From the NCBI GenBank assembly GCA_046292855.1, contig JBKBPX010000001.1:1-49614 (forward strand): a stretch of 49,614 nucleotides of DNA, given 5' to 3'. The position numbers and the translations under genes are program-made. This DNA comes from Anaerolineales bacterium (GTDB lineage: Bacteria > Chloroflexota > Anaerolineae > Anaerolineales > Villigracilaceae). The stretch's first letter is position 1, and every line of letters begins with the position of its first letter. Shown one piece after another: positions 9,179 through 17,811 of the stretch. The notes beneath the pieces were generated by a model. It saw only the letters and a list, made by a program, of their open reading frames with translations, had not been told where the DNA came from and searched no databases.

Positions 9179-11047
9179 TCAAGCCGGCTGCGGAGTGCCG
9201 CTGGTCTTTGCAACCGGTGGCGGGAAAATCTTCTCAAACTCTTCGCGGCTCAAGGTTTCCACTTCAAGCAGGCGTTTGGCGACTGCATCTAGCTTATCTC
9301 GATATTCTGTCAAAATTGCCCTAGCACGCTCATATGCTTCACTGACCAGACGGCGCACTTCACGGTCAATTTGCTCCGCAATCGCTTCAGAATAATCCCG
9401 CTGTTCGGCGATCTCGCGACCGAGGAAGATCAACTCTTCTTTCTGACCATAGACCATCGGTCCGAGTGCATCGCTCATCCCCAGACGGGTAACCATCATG
9501 CGTGCCAATCGGGTAACACGCTCTAGGTCATTCGAAGCGCCGGAAGTGATGTCGTCAAAAACGATCTCCTCGGCGGCACGTCCCCCCAGCAAGCCGACCA
9601 TCTCGGCAAAGAGTTTGCGCCGAGAGGCCAGGATGCGATCATCTTCTGGCACAGCCAGGGTATAACCGCCCATCTGACCACGTGCGATGATGGAGACTTT
9701 TTGCACCGGGTCTGCTTCGGGCAATGCATGCATCACTACGGCATGACCGGCCTCATGGTAGGCAATGATGCGTTTCTCTTCCGGCGAGATCAGGCGGGAT
9801 TTGCGCTCTGGGCCGGCGATCACCCGTTCAATTGCCTCTTCGAACTCGGCTTGGCCAATCGTGCGCTTGTTGCGGCGTGCCGCCAGGATTGCCGCCTCAT
9901 TGACCATATTCTCCAGGTCTGCGCCGACAAATCCGGGGGTAGCTCTGGCGAGCAGAGCGAGATCCACATTTGGCTCAAGCGGCTTGCCGCGCACATGAAC
10001 GCGCAAAATCGCTTCACGGCCCTTGACATCCGGCCGATCCAGCACCACGCGCCGGTCAAAGCGCCCTGGACGCAGAAGCGCCGGGTCAAGGATATCCGGA
10101 CGGTTGGTGGCAGCCATGATGATGATGCTGGTATCCGTATCGAAGCCATCCATTTCCACCAGCAGCTGGTTCAAGGTCTGCTCGCGCTCATCGTGTGAAC
10201 CACCCAGGCCGGTGCCGCGCTGGCGTCCGACGGCATCAATCTCATCCACGAAAACGATACAGGGGGCATGGCGCTTGGCCTGATCGAAGAGGTCACGCAC
10301 GCGGCTGGCGCCCACACCCACAAACATTTCGACAAATTCAGAGCCGGAGATGGAGAAGAAGGGCACGCCGGCCTCTCCGGAAACTGCTTTGGCGAGCAAC
10401 GTCTTGCCGGTGCCTGGCGGGCCAACCAGGAGCACGCCTTTAGGAATGCGCGCTCCCAGCTGAATGAATTTCTGGGGTTCACGTAAGAATTCGACCACTT
10501 CGCGCAACTCTTCCTTGGCCTCATCCACGCCGGCCACATCCTCGAAGGTGACCGTTGGATGATCGCCGGTGAACATACGGGCACGCGATTTGCCGAAGCT
10601 CATTGCGGCGTTATTGCTCCCCTGTGCCTGACGGAAAATAAACCACAGGAAACCGCCCATCAAAAGCACAGGTAAAAGGTAGAGAACGCTGCTGAAAATC
10701 CCACTCCACAGCGAGGGCGGTTGCACCTCGATCTTCACATAGTCCGGCCCTAAATCGGCAGGGGAAACGCCCAACGCTAGAATCTGGTTGACCAACGTAG
10801 CATCCGGCTCTTTCTGGGAAATGCGCTCACTGGCATCTTTGTAGACAATGGTGAGGCGATTATTGTTCTCAACGGTAATACGGCTCACCTTATGATCGCG
10901 CAAATCCTGTGCCAGCTGGTTTAAGCTCACCGGCTGTTGTGACTTCACATCCTGGCGCAAAGCCATCCATACCATGACACCCAACGCCAGGAGCAAGAGG
11001 AAAGTGACCAAATAAGACGATTGTTGACCTTTAGTCTGCTGTGTCAT
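9179..11047 (-). CDS. ftsH: ATP-dependent zinc metalloprotease FtsH
   Basis: Walker [12 protein letters not shown]+ SRH region, zinc motif HEAGHA. ATG at 11047 is preceded by GGAGAG; the TTG at 11065 was rejected. Confidence 0.97.
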   Translation of the reverse strand: MTQQTKGQQSSYLVTFLLLLALGVMVWMALRQDVKSQQPVSLNQLAQDLRDHKVSRITVENNNRLTIVYKDASERISQKEPDATLVNQILALGVSPADLGPDYVKIEVQPPSLWSGIFSSVLYLLPVLLMGGFLWFIFRQAQGSNNAAMSFGKSRARMFTGDHPTVTFEDVAGVDEAKEELREVVEFLREPQKFIQLGARIPKGVLLVGPPGTGKTLLAKAVSGEAGVPFFSISGSEFVEMFVGVGASRVRDLFDQAKRHAPCIVFVDEIDAVGRQRGTGLGGSHDEREQTLNQLLVEMDGFDTDTSIIIMAATNRPDILDPALLRPGRFDRRVVLDRPDVKGREAILRVHVRGKPLEPNVDLALLARATPGFVGADLENMVNEAAILAARRNKRTIGQAEFEEAIERVIAGPERKSRLISPEEKRIIAYHEAGHAVVMHALPEADPVQKVSIIARGQMGGYTLAVPEDDRILASRRKLFAEMVGLLGGRAAEEIVFDDITSGASNDLERVTRLARMMVTRLGMSDALGPMVYGQKEELIFLGREIAEQRDYSEAIAEQIDREVRRLVSEAYERARAILTEYRDKLDAVAKRLLEVETLSREEFEKIFPPPVAKTSGTPQPA

Positions 11048-11213
11048 ATGAAACTCTCCGCCCAATATTATACCAACCTTGCCATGCTCCGTAGGAGTGA
11101 AAAGAGGAGAAATAACAAAATTCTTATGGGTGGTGGGGGATGGACGGTAGACAACGATGATCGTTCCGTCAAGCTGAGGTTCGGATGTGAATCGGGCACG
11201 AAATCAAGAAAGT

Positions 11214-11425
11214 GAGTTTGTAGTGGACTTGCTATTGGGTTTTGGGTTCACTACTTCAAGTATACTTTTACGCCATCCTTTTGCGTCCCACCGCCTCCCC
11301 TTTGTAGGACAACTCATTGTGAGGTGTCTAAAAATGCAAAAAGCTTGTTTACTCCAAAGTACGGGAGGTCAAGCGATGAAGTGAGTTGGCAGTTGACCCA
11401 TTTTTTCCAAATTATGAACAATCAC
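11214..11425 (+). repeat. Dispersed non-coding repeat family B, copy 1
   Basis: Shares gagttt..ctattg.., ttcaagtatacttttacgccatcc..cctcccctttgtaggacaactcatt and gttgacccattttttccaaattatgaacaatcac with 33573-33745. The central segment is variable. Confidence 0.7.
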
Positions 11426-11441
11426 AAGTTCAGTCAAAGTC

Positions 11442-11470
11442 TTGACATCAAGGCAAACTGCAACTAAGAT
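11442..11470 (+). promoter_or_regulatory. Putative promoter of the DUF4870 gene
   Basis: TTGACA (11442-11447), 17-nt spacer, TAAGAT (11465-11470). Confidence 0.5.
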
Positions 11471-11514
11471 GAAAGAAGCCCAATGCTAAATCTTATTCGC
11501 CAAAGGAGTAAAAA

Positions 11515-11850
11515 ATGTCTGAATTCTCTTCTCCCCCAATTACCAGCGATGATAAGTTGTGGTCTGCCCTCTCTTATGTGTTCGCACCAATCGTGGGCAT
11601 TATCGTACTTCTCCTGGAAGACAAAAAGGCGCGTCCGTTCATCAAATACCATGCCGTGCAATCCATCGCGGTTAGCGTGGCTGTTTTTGTCTTGGGCATT
11701 GTTGTGAGCGTTATCACCTTTGGGGTTGGCGGCCTTTGTTTTCCTTTGGTGTGGCTGGTTTTCCTTTACTGGGCCTATAAAGCCTATCAGGGAGAGTACT
11801 TTGAAATTCCCTGGCTGACAGGCTTTATCAAGGGGCAAGGTTGGATCTAG
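11515..11850 (+). CDS. DUF4870-like small membrane protein
   Basis: 111 aa. SDDKLWSALSYVFAPIVGIIVLLLEDKK...KYHAVQSI pattern with three TM segments. SD aaggag. Confidence 0.75.
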   Translation: MSEFSSPPITSDDKLWSALSYVFAPIVGIIVLLLEDKKARPFIKYHAVQSIAVSVAVFVLGIVVSVITFGVGGLCFPLVWLVFLYWAYKAYQGEYFEIPWLTGFIKGQGWI

Positions 11851-11856
11851 GAAAGG

Positions 11857-11897
11857 CAGAAAGAGGGTGAAAAAGGTGATCTTTCGCCCTCTTTCTG
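11857..11897 (+). terminator. Hairpin downstream of the DUF4870 gene
   Basis: Perfect 11-bp stem CAGAAAGAGGG / CCCTCTTTCTG with a 19-nt loop. No clear T-run. Confidence 0.35.
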
Positions 11898-12017
11898 GAA
11901 AATTCTATCCTGTTTATCCTCCTTTGTCTCGATGTTCATCGCGGGTAAAGGGTGATTTTTCCGCTCGTTCCTGCTCTTCCGAGTGAATGAAAACCGAAGC
12001 TTTTTCCGGAGGGAAAG

Positions 12018-12710
12018 ATGGACTTTGCCAAAGCTATCACCTATGTGTTTGAGGACCGACGTTGGTTGAGCAAATTGGGACTTGCTGCCGTAATCTTTCT
12101 CGTGCCGATCTTGAATTTTGCGGTGATAGACCAGAGCGTAGAGATCGTCCGCCGCATGAGGCGTCAGGCGAGCGAAGTCTTACCGGAATGGGATGAGCTG
12201 GGTCAACGCTTTATGGATGGGCTGCTTCTTTAGATCGCCCAGTTTGTCTATTCTTTGCCACTGCTGCTTCTGCTCTGTGTGCTCGCCTTCCCCTTCGTCC
12301 CTTACTTGTTCGAGGGAACGGACCATGATGTGCAGGATTTCTTTTCTGGCCTTGGCCTCATCCTCATAATTTGCGGCGGCCTGATTTTCTTTCTATATTC
12401 CCTCTTCCTCTCTTTCCTATACCCGGCCCTTCTCATTCGCTATGCTGCTTACCCCTCCCTCGCTGCCTGCTTCCAGTTCGGCAAGATCTGGCGAATGATT
12501 GCACAGAATATAGGTGGCTACCTGACGATGTGGCTTGGTTTGCTTGTGTTGACCATTGGTAGCAGTATGGTGCTTTTCATAGTCGGCATCGTTCTGGGAA
12601 TCATCCCTTGCCTCAGTCAGATATTTCTTCTTGTCTTCGAGTTATTTTATGTTCCATACCTGTTGTTTGCCTCTGCCCATCTCATCGGTCAGTTTGCCGT
12701 TCGGGTGTAG
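12018..12710 (+). pseudogene. DUF4013-like membrane protein interrupted by one in-frame TAG (12231-12233)
   Basis: ORFs 12018-12233 and 12255-12710 are in the same frame. Reading through the TAG gives ..LPEWDELGQRFMDGLLL*IAQFVYSLPLLLL.., the continuous DUF4013 pattern (YxF.D..W..K, LP.W.., F.DG). Confidence 0.6.
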
Positions 12711-12735
12711 ATAGCTCAGAAAGAGTTGTGCTGAG

Positions 12736-13140
12736 CTAGGCAGTTTGCAAACGAGGGCGGAACTTGTAGCCGTAAAGGATCAGACCACGCTCATCGCCGT
12801 CGTTACGCAGCTTGCGCGTAACCATCTCAACGGGCATGCCAACCTGGACTTCCTGAGGGGCGACATCGGTTAATTGAGCGGTGACCATGGGACCTTCTTC
12901 GAGTTTGATCAGGGCAACGGTATAGGGCACCTGCTGTTCGAATCCGTTAGGCGCTTCATAGATGGTGGTGTAAGAATAGACCTCCCCGCGGCCGCTAAAC
13001 GCATACAGTTCACGCGCTTCTTCACCGCAATTCGGGCAAATATCACGCGGCGGGAAGATTTTTGCTTCGCAATGGGGGCAAATTTCACCAACCAATCCGT
13101 AACGTTGTTTTCTCAATCTCCAATGGCGTGGAATTTCCAT
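12736..13140 (-). CDS. DUF35 Zn-ribbon/OB-fold protein
   Basis: CPHC..(x12)..CPNC zinc ribbon followed by an OB-fold-like C-terminus. ATG at 13140 is preceded by aaggag. Confidence 0.8.
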   Translation of the reverse strand: MEIPRHWRLRKQRYGLVGEICPHCEAKIFPPRDICPNCGEEARELYAFSGRGEVYSYTTIYEAPNGFEQQVPYTVALIKLEEGPMVTAQLTDVAPQEVQVGMPVEMVTRKLRNDGDERGLILYGYKFRPRLQTA

Positions 13141-13193
13141 AGACTTCTCCTTTCGTCCAGTTATTTTGCTCGTCATTTTACGAAAGGAGACTA

Positions 13194-13475
13194 TCAGGAA
13201 CTATCAACTTTGCTCTTGAAAGGCCTAACTGGAATTGCTTGCCGGGCAGAGTGGGCTAGCGCAAGAGTTCCTCGCTCTGGCGGCGACGGCACGATGGGAA
13301 TGCGCAGCAGGGCGCCGCTCAGGTTGACCGTGACGTCTTCTTGAATGGGCAAGCCGACGATGCCGACCAGCATGATGACCAGGAAAAATCTATCCACCCA
13401 CGATTGGATGGATGCGGTGACAAAGCCGACAATCAGCGCGGCGAGCAAGCCTTTGAGCAGCAATGGGATGAGCAT
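13194..13475 (-). CDS. Small hypothetical membrane protein
   Basis: 93 aa, two hydrophobic helices, SD aggag. Sits between the NifX-like and DUF35 genes on the same strand. Confidence 0.5.
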   Translation of the reverse strand: MLIPLLLKGLLAALIVGFVTASIQSWVDRFFLVIMLVGIVGLPIQEDVTVNLSGALLRIPIVPSPPERGTLALAHSARQAIPVRPFKSKVDSS

Positions 13476-13484
13476 GGGAAACTC

Positions 13485-13889
13485 CTAATGCAGTTTTTCT
13501 TTATGGTCCACGATGACGCCCTGCGCAGCTTGCAGCGCGGCTTCGTCAATGCTGGCAATGTCGGTGATGACGGGCTGGATACCAACCTGTGCCATGTTGG
13601 TATACGCGCCCGCGCCCATGCCGCGAGCGAGCAGGAACTGACAATCGCGGATGGCTTCCGCCATTTGGAAGTGGCGATTCTGTTCGGCGGGCGCAAAGCC
13701 GTGACCGCGCGGGTCTTTTTCTTCGGCGTGCTGCTCACCCGCAAAATGAGCGTGCCCCATTTTTTCGCGCTGCTCGCGAGCGGTGATTTTTCCATCTTCA
13801 ACGGTCAGGACGATGTAAAACTTGGCGCGTCCAAAGTGCTGGCTGATGGTTTGTCCGTCATCACTGACGGCGGCAATTTTGATAGACAT
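13485..13889 (-). CDS. NifB/NifX-family (dinitrogenase FeMo-cofactor biosynthesis domain) protein
   Basis: MSIKIAAVSDDGQTISQHFGRAKFYIV ... ARGMGAGAY pattern. The start MSIK at 13889 was chosen because the longer ORF runs into the IS terminal repeat. Confidence 0.75.
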   Translation of the reverse strand: MSIKIAAVSDDGQTISQHFGRAKFYIVLTVEDGKITAREQREKMGHAHFAGEQHAEEKDPRGHGFAPAEQNRHFQMAEAIRDCQFLLARGMGAGAYTNMAQVGIQPVITDIASIDEAALQAAQGVIVDHKEKLH

Positions 13890-13921
13890 GAGAATCTCCT
13901 TGTTTGTAGCGCAAGTCAGTG

Positions 13922-15349
13922 TGTAGAGTCTTATAAATTCGTACCTTACCAAGTCTCATAAAATCATCCCTCCTGCAAGGGAATAGGCAGCGGAAGTTGA
14001 AACGGCTTTGACGCCGGGATGGGCGCTGGGGCAAAGCCCAAGATATTCTCCTTGCTCAAGCCGCGAGCGGGCAAGTCCCGAATGAATTCGCCTTGTGCCG
14101 TGCGAAAGCGGAAAACGACCTGCTCTGGGATGAATTGTGCCGTGACGGTTTGCCCGGCATATTTGACGCCGACAGAGTATTGGTGGTCGAGCAGGCAAAC
14201 TGCGCCGTTTTTCGCCACTCGGCGGACGGCGGTGTAGGCGCTGACGAATTGATAGGCACGCTGCAGGTCGAAAAGCGCCCATTCGTGTTCGACAGCGAAG
14301 GGACGGCCACTGTGACGGGCTTGCGGAAAGGCTTGTAAGGGCGGCTGTCCCCGACACTGACCAGCCCGAGAAGGGTACTGTTCGTTATAGAAAACATGGG
14401 TGCGGTCAAGTGCGACCTGGAGGGCAGAAAGCTCTTCAAAGAGGCTATCCTTCCAAGCCAACTCTGCCAGCGTACGGTGGCTGCGCTCCATCTCTGCCTG
14501 GTCAGTAGGGCGCGCCGGGCGGCTGGTCACGTGGCGAATGCCCAAACCGGCCAGCCAGATGCTAAACAATGAAGGGTAGTTGCTTTCTCCAGAGCCGACA
14601 TAGAGCGTTTCGTGGTCGGTTTGGATTTCTTCGGGCAGTCCCCAGCGGGCAAATGCCGCCCGCAAGGCGTTTTGCGTTTCCCGCAGGGTGAGTTTGCGCC
14701 AGCGCTTGGCGGTGGTGGTCAAAAAAGCCTGCGAGCCAATCATGATCCCGATTGGGTCATGAATGTTCAACAGGTTGACCTTTTCTCCCCTCACGGCGCC
14801 AATCCCTTCTTGTGCATCCAATTGCCAGCGCTGATGGGGATAGCGTACTGGCGGGGGGCGTCTTTCGGGGTACGCCCGCTTTTGGCGGCTTTGCACCGCT
14901 TCCGGACAACGTTCCTTGAAGAGCGCCGCCAGACGCGCGCGACTGGGCATTTCGGAAACACTGCGCCCTAACTGCGCCGCCAGTTTGACCCGCACGGTGG
15001 TTGCGCCCCAATGGGGATGCGCCTTTTTCATCGCCAGGGCTTGCTCCACCCACTCCGCTGGATAGGTGCTCAATATCCCCCTGGACGGACGACCGCGCTT
15101 GGGTGGTGCACTTTGTTTTCGACGCCTGCGCCAATGCTTACGCACCGTGTAGAAGGAACAATTCAACTCGGCGGCAATCTCTCGCAAGGAGAGACCAGCC
15201 TGTTTACGTCGCTCGATCTCTTCTTGCTCCGCCAGCGTGAGTGCCTGCCTTCGACCTGCCATGGGCTTGCCTCCTTATCCGGTGAATTCCACAGATAAAG
15301 AGGCACGATTTTATGAGATTGTCAAGGTACGAAATAATGAGACTCTACA
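13922..15349 (-). mobile_element. IS481-type insertion sequence (single DDE/rve transposase, TG..CA ends)
   Basis: About 44-bp imperfect terminal inverted repeats: tgtagagtcttataaattcgtaccttaccaagtctcataaaatc (13922-) versus the reverse complement of gattttatgagattgtcaaggtacgaaataatgagactctaca (-15349). No flanking direct repeat seen. Confidence 0.85.
13964..15262 (-). CDS. IS481-family transposase (HTH + integrase catalytic core)
   Basis: 432 aa. N-terminal HTH (LSLREIAAELNCSFYTVRKHW), then RWQLDAQEG.., IQTDHETLY and a later E, consistent with a DDE/rve fold. Confidence 0.85.
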   Translation of the reverse strand: MAGRRQALTLAEQEEIERRKQAGLSLREIAAELNCSFYTVRKHWRRRRKQSAPPKRGRPSRGILSTYPAEWVEQALAMKKAHPHWGATTVRVKLAAQLGRSVSEMPSRARLAALFKERCPEAVQSRQKRAYPERRPPPVRYPHQRWQLDAQEGIGAVRGEKVNLLNIHDPIGIMIGSQAFLTTTAKRWRKLTLRETQNALRAAFARWGLPEEIQTDHETLYVGSGESNYPSLFSIWLAGLGIRHVTSRPARPTDQAEMERSHRTLAELAWKDSLFEELSALQVALDRTHVFYNEQYPSRAGQCRGQPPLQAFPQARHSGRPFAVEHEWALFDLQRAYQFVSAYTAVRRVAKNGAVCLLDHQYSVGVKYAGQTVTAQFIPEQVVFRFRTAQGEFIRDLPARGLSKENILGFAPAPIPASKPFQLPLPIPLQEG

Positions 15350-15431
15350 TATCAGCATCCGAGACGGATGCGCTCCCAGGTGTGTCATGCCTAAAGCTAG
15401 AACACCAAACCAAAAATGGATGAAGCACTAG
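15350..15431 (-). mobile_element. Left-end fragment of MITE-like repeat family A, truncated by the IS
   Basis: The reverse complement reads ctagtgcttcatccatttttggtttggtgttctagctttaggcatgacacacctgggagcgcatccgtctcggatgctgata, matching the family A left half. Confidence 0.75.
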
Positions 15432-15590
15432 GTAGCACCAGACATATCCTATCTGGACACGCTGCCGCACCTTCACCCCACGTGGCGCCCAAACCCGACG
15501 AATCTGACTATGCAAACCAAGCCGCATCGTTCAGCCCACACCGGGTTGCTCTCTTGAGTCAGGCCAGCCTTCTTCAGGTCTCTTGCCCTG
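15432..15590 (-). pseudogene. IS630-family transposase remnant (frameshifted, truncated)
   Basis: Minus-strand translation gives ..PVWAE / (frameshift) RLGLHSQIRRVWAPRGVKVRQRVQIGYVWCYL. This resembles the IS630 DDE_3 block vW.DE.r.gl....r.WA.rG......y.w.Yl. It is cut off by the family A fragment. Confidence 0.45.
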
Positions 15591-15603
15591 GCGAGAGAGA
15601 CAT

Positions 15604-16068
15604 TTACTCCTTCAGTGGCTCAAAGTACTGAATGTCCAGGATCGAACCTTTACGTTCCGCGACGGGCTTCAGGACGGCGCGCATAGGCATGCCAATCGTT
15701 AATTCATCCGCATCGGCGTTCAGGAAATGCACAATGCCGCCATCTCCAAAGCTGACCAGGCCGACCACCTGCGGTTTTTCCAATGGCCGACCTTCATAAT
15801 CCACGTAGAGGACGGTGAAGGTATGCAGTTCGCCTACCAACCCCATATCGTGCCAATCGGTCAGCTCACTTAGGCAGCGCTCACAGAAGGCAGTGGCCGG
15901 GACATAGGTGTGATCGCATTTGGGGCAGTAACTTCCTAAAATTTTTCCCTCCTCCTTGAGGGCGCGGAAAAAACGCTCACCGGCCAGGCCATAAGTATAG
16001 CGATGGGCGGCCGGCAGGGTGCCGAACCAGGCTTGTGGTGCACGGGGATCGCGTTCTAGGAAAGTCAT
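15604..16068 (-). CDS. DUF35 Zn-ribbon/OB-fold protein
   Basis: CPKC..x13..CERC zinc ribbon plus an OB-fold C-terminus. Last gene of the thiolase-like cluster. Confidence 0.85.
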   Translation of the reverse strand: MTFLERDPRAPQAWFGTLPAAHRYTYGLAGERFFRALKEEGKILGSYCPKCDHTYVPATAFCERCLSELTDWHDMGLVGELHTFTVLYVDYEGRPLEKPQVVGLVSFGDGGIVHFLNADADELTIGMPMRAVLKPVAERKGSILDIQYFEPLKE

Positions 16069-16077
16069 GACCGCCTC

Positions 16078-16608
16078 CTAGCGAATAGGTTTAAAGTAGA
16101 GAATGTCGGTAATGGCACCGCTGCGCTCCTCGGCCGGCTTCCATACTGCCTGCACGCGCATCCCGATGTGCACTTCTTTCGGGTCAACCTCGCCAAGTTT
16201 GTGCAGGATGCCTCCCATCACGACCGAGGCCGGCCCAAGTTCGGATGTGCCGTCAATGTGAATCACGGCAGGGATTTCCGGCTCGCTAATATGGCGCATG
16301 TCCCAGGTGATATAGCAAAGCGAGAACGTGTTTACCGTTCCCGTGTCAGGGAGTTCAACGTATTCTTCCATCGGGCGAAAGCACCATTCGCAGACAGCGC
16401 GCGGGGGCACGACTATCCTGCGGCAATGACTGCAACGCACCCCCAGCATCACGCCCCGTTTCAGCCCGGCCAAGTAGGTGCCGATGGCGATGCCGGTATC
16501 CCAGGCATATTCCGCCTTGAGTTCATCCATCTGGTAAAGGATTTTCCCTTGGCGGAAATCTTCCTCGCTCAACGAAACACCCGGAAAATTTTTGAAGCGA
16601 ACGGTCAT
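16078..16608 (-). CDS. DUF35 Zn-ribbon/OB-fold protein
   Basis: CSHC..x11..CEWC zinc ribbon plus an OB-fold C-terminus. Confidence 0.85.
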   Translation of the reverse strand: MTVRFKNFPGVSLSEEDFRQGKILYQMDELKAEYAWDTGIAIGTYLAGLKRGVMLGVRCSHCRRIVVPPRAVCEWCFRPMEEYVELPDTGTVNTFSLCYITWDMRHISEPEIPAVIHIDGTSELGPASVVMGGILHKLGEVDPKEVHIGMRVQAVWKPAEERSGAITDILYFKPIR

Positions 16609-16626
16609 GCTTGCCTCCTTAATAGT

Positions 16627-17793
16627 CTATCTACCCATCACGACGACGGTGCCGACTTGCATCAAGTCCCCCCAGGCCTGGGCGACGCCGCGACGTGGAT
16701 TGCCCGGCACTTGTCGCTCACCTGCTTCGCCGCGCAATTGCCAGAAGAGTTCGGCGATCTTCATCAACCCTGCCGCCGCGATCGGGTTGCCCACTCCCAG
16801 CAACCCGCCGGATGGACAAATCGGCAGATCGCCATCCCGTTCCGCCGTGCCATCTAGATAGAGTTCAATAGCGCGGCCGCGCGGCGCTAGCTGCAAGCCT
16901 TCCAAGTGATGGAGGGCTTTGTAATCAAACGGATCGTAGGGTTCGGCGATGTGGATTTCCTTGCGCGGCTCCTTGATGCCGGCCATCTCATAGGCCATGC
17001 GTGCCGCGTATTCCACATAGCGCGGGTAAACCAGATCGCGGTTTGTCCAGTAGGCCGTATCCAGGTGCCAGCCTACGCCCTCGATCCAGACCGGCTTATC
17101 CGTCAAGCGTTTTGCTACGTGTTCTGCCGCCAGCACAATGGCTACTGCCCCATCTGAAATCGGGCTGACATCCAGACGCTGCACCGGCCAGGCCAGCACT
17201 TCTGAATTCAGCACGTCTTCAACCGTGATGTTCGGATCGCCGAGCAGGGCGCAAGGGTGTGCCGCAGCGTTGCGCTTGTGGAGCACGGCCACGCGGGCAA
17301 TGTCTTCCTTCTTCAGCCCGTAAGCGCTCATATACCGATTCATTTCCAGCGCGAAAATCCAGAGCAGATTCGGCCCCAGTGGACGTTCGGTCGTGTGATC
17401 GAAGATGGTCAGGAAGGCCGCTTGGGGGTGTGGATAGAAGGAGGACATTTTCTCCTCTGCCACCACCAGTACCACATCGAACAGCCCGGAAGCAACGTGA
17501 TACCAGCCTTGAATAGGGACGAAGACACCCGTACCACCGCCGACGTAAGAACGCATGAACGGCTTCCGCCAACCACCGGCGCCATCCGAAGCGTATTCAC
17601 CGTTCATATGAATGCCGTCGAATGCATCCGGCGCCGTGCCAAAGCAGACGGCATCTACATCATCTATTGTCAATTCACAGGATTCCAGCGCCATGCGCGC
17701 GGCTTCCCAGGAAAGTTCTTTTGGGGTTTCTAGGGCACGGCGGACAAAACGCGTCATGCCAGCCCCAATGACAGCGACTTTTCGCATTCCCAT
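16627..17793 (-). CDS. Thiolase-fold protein (SCP-x/nsLTP-like), apparently without the nucleophilic Cys
   Basis: 388 aa. C-terminal PSGGLLGVGNPIAAAGL..QLRGEAG thiolase signature. GGGTG sits where the CxSG nucleophile loop is expected (..SYVGGGTGVFVPIQGWYHVASGLFDVVLVVAEEKMS). SD aaggag. Confidence 0.8.
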   Translation of the reverse strand: MGMRKVAVIGAGMTRFVRRALETPKELSWEAARMALESCELTIDDVDAVCFGTAPDAFDGIHMNGEYASDGAGGWRKPFMRSYVGGGTGVFVPIQGWYHVASGLFDVVLVVAEEKMSSFYPHPQAAFLTIFDHTTERPLGPNLLWIFALEMNRYMSAYGLKKEDIARVAVLHKRNAAAHPCALLGDPNITVEDVLNSEVLAWPVQRLDVSPISDGAVAIVLAAEHVAKRLTDKPVWIEGVGWHLDTAYWTNRDLVYPRYVEYAARMAYEMAGIKEPRKEIHIAEPYDPFDYKALHHLEGLQLAPRGRAIELYLDGTAERDGDLPICPSGGLLGVGNPIAAAGLMKIAELFWQLRGEAGERQVPGNPRRGVAQAWGDLMQVGTVVVMGR

Positions 17794-17811
17794 AGGACGC
17801 TCCTTTGTGCC

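Noticed and set aside
11187-11384. ORF 11187-11384 (+) and ORF 33584-33775 (+) as a small-protein family
   Set aside because: The conserved nucleotide blocks of family B are translated in different frames in the two ORFs, so the peptides are unrelated. The conservation is non-coding.
12231-12233. Recoding of the in-frame TAG (for example pyrrolysine) in the DUF4013-like gene
   Set aside because: Nothing in the window supports it: no pyl genes and no recoding element recognised. TAG is also used as an ordinary stop by other genes here, for example 11848-11850 and 35174-35176. A pseudogene or a sequencing error is the simpler explanation.
13890-13952. Longer N-terminus (MVRYEFIRLYTLTCATNKEIL) for the NifX-like gene
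   Set aside because: These codons run into the terminal inverted repeat of the IS. The family-typical start MSIKIAAVSDDG is at 13889.
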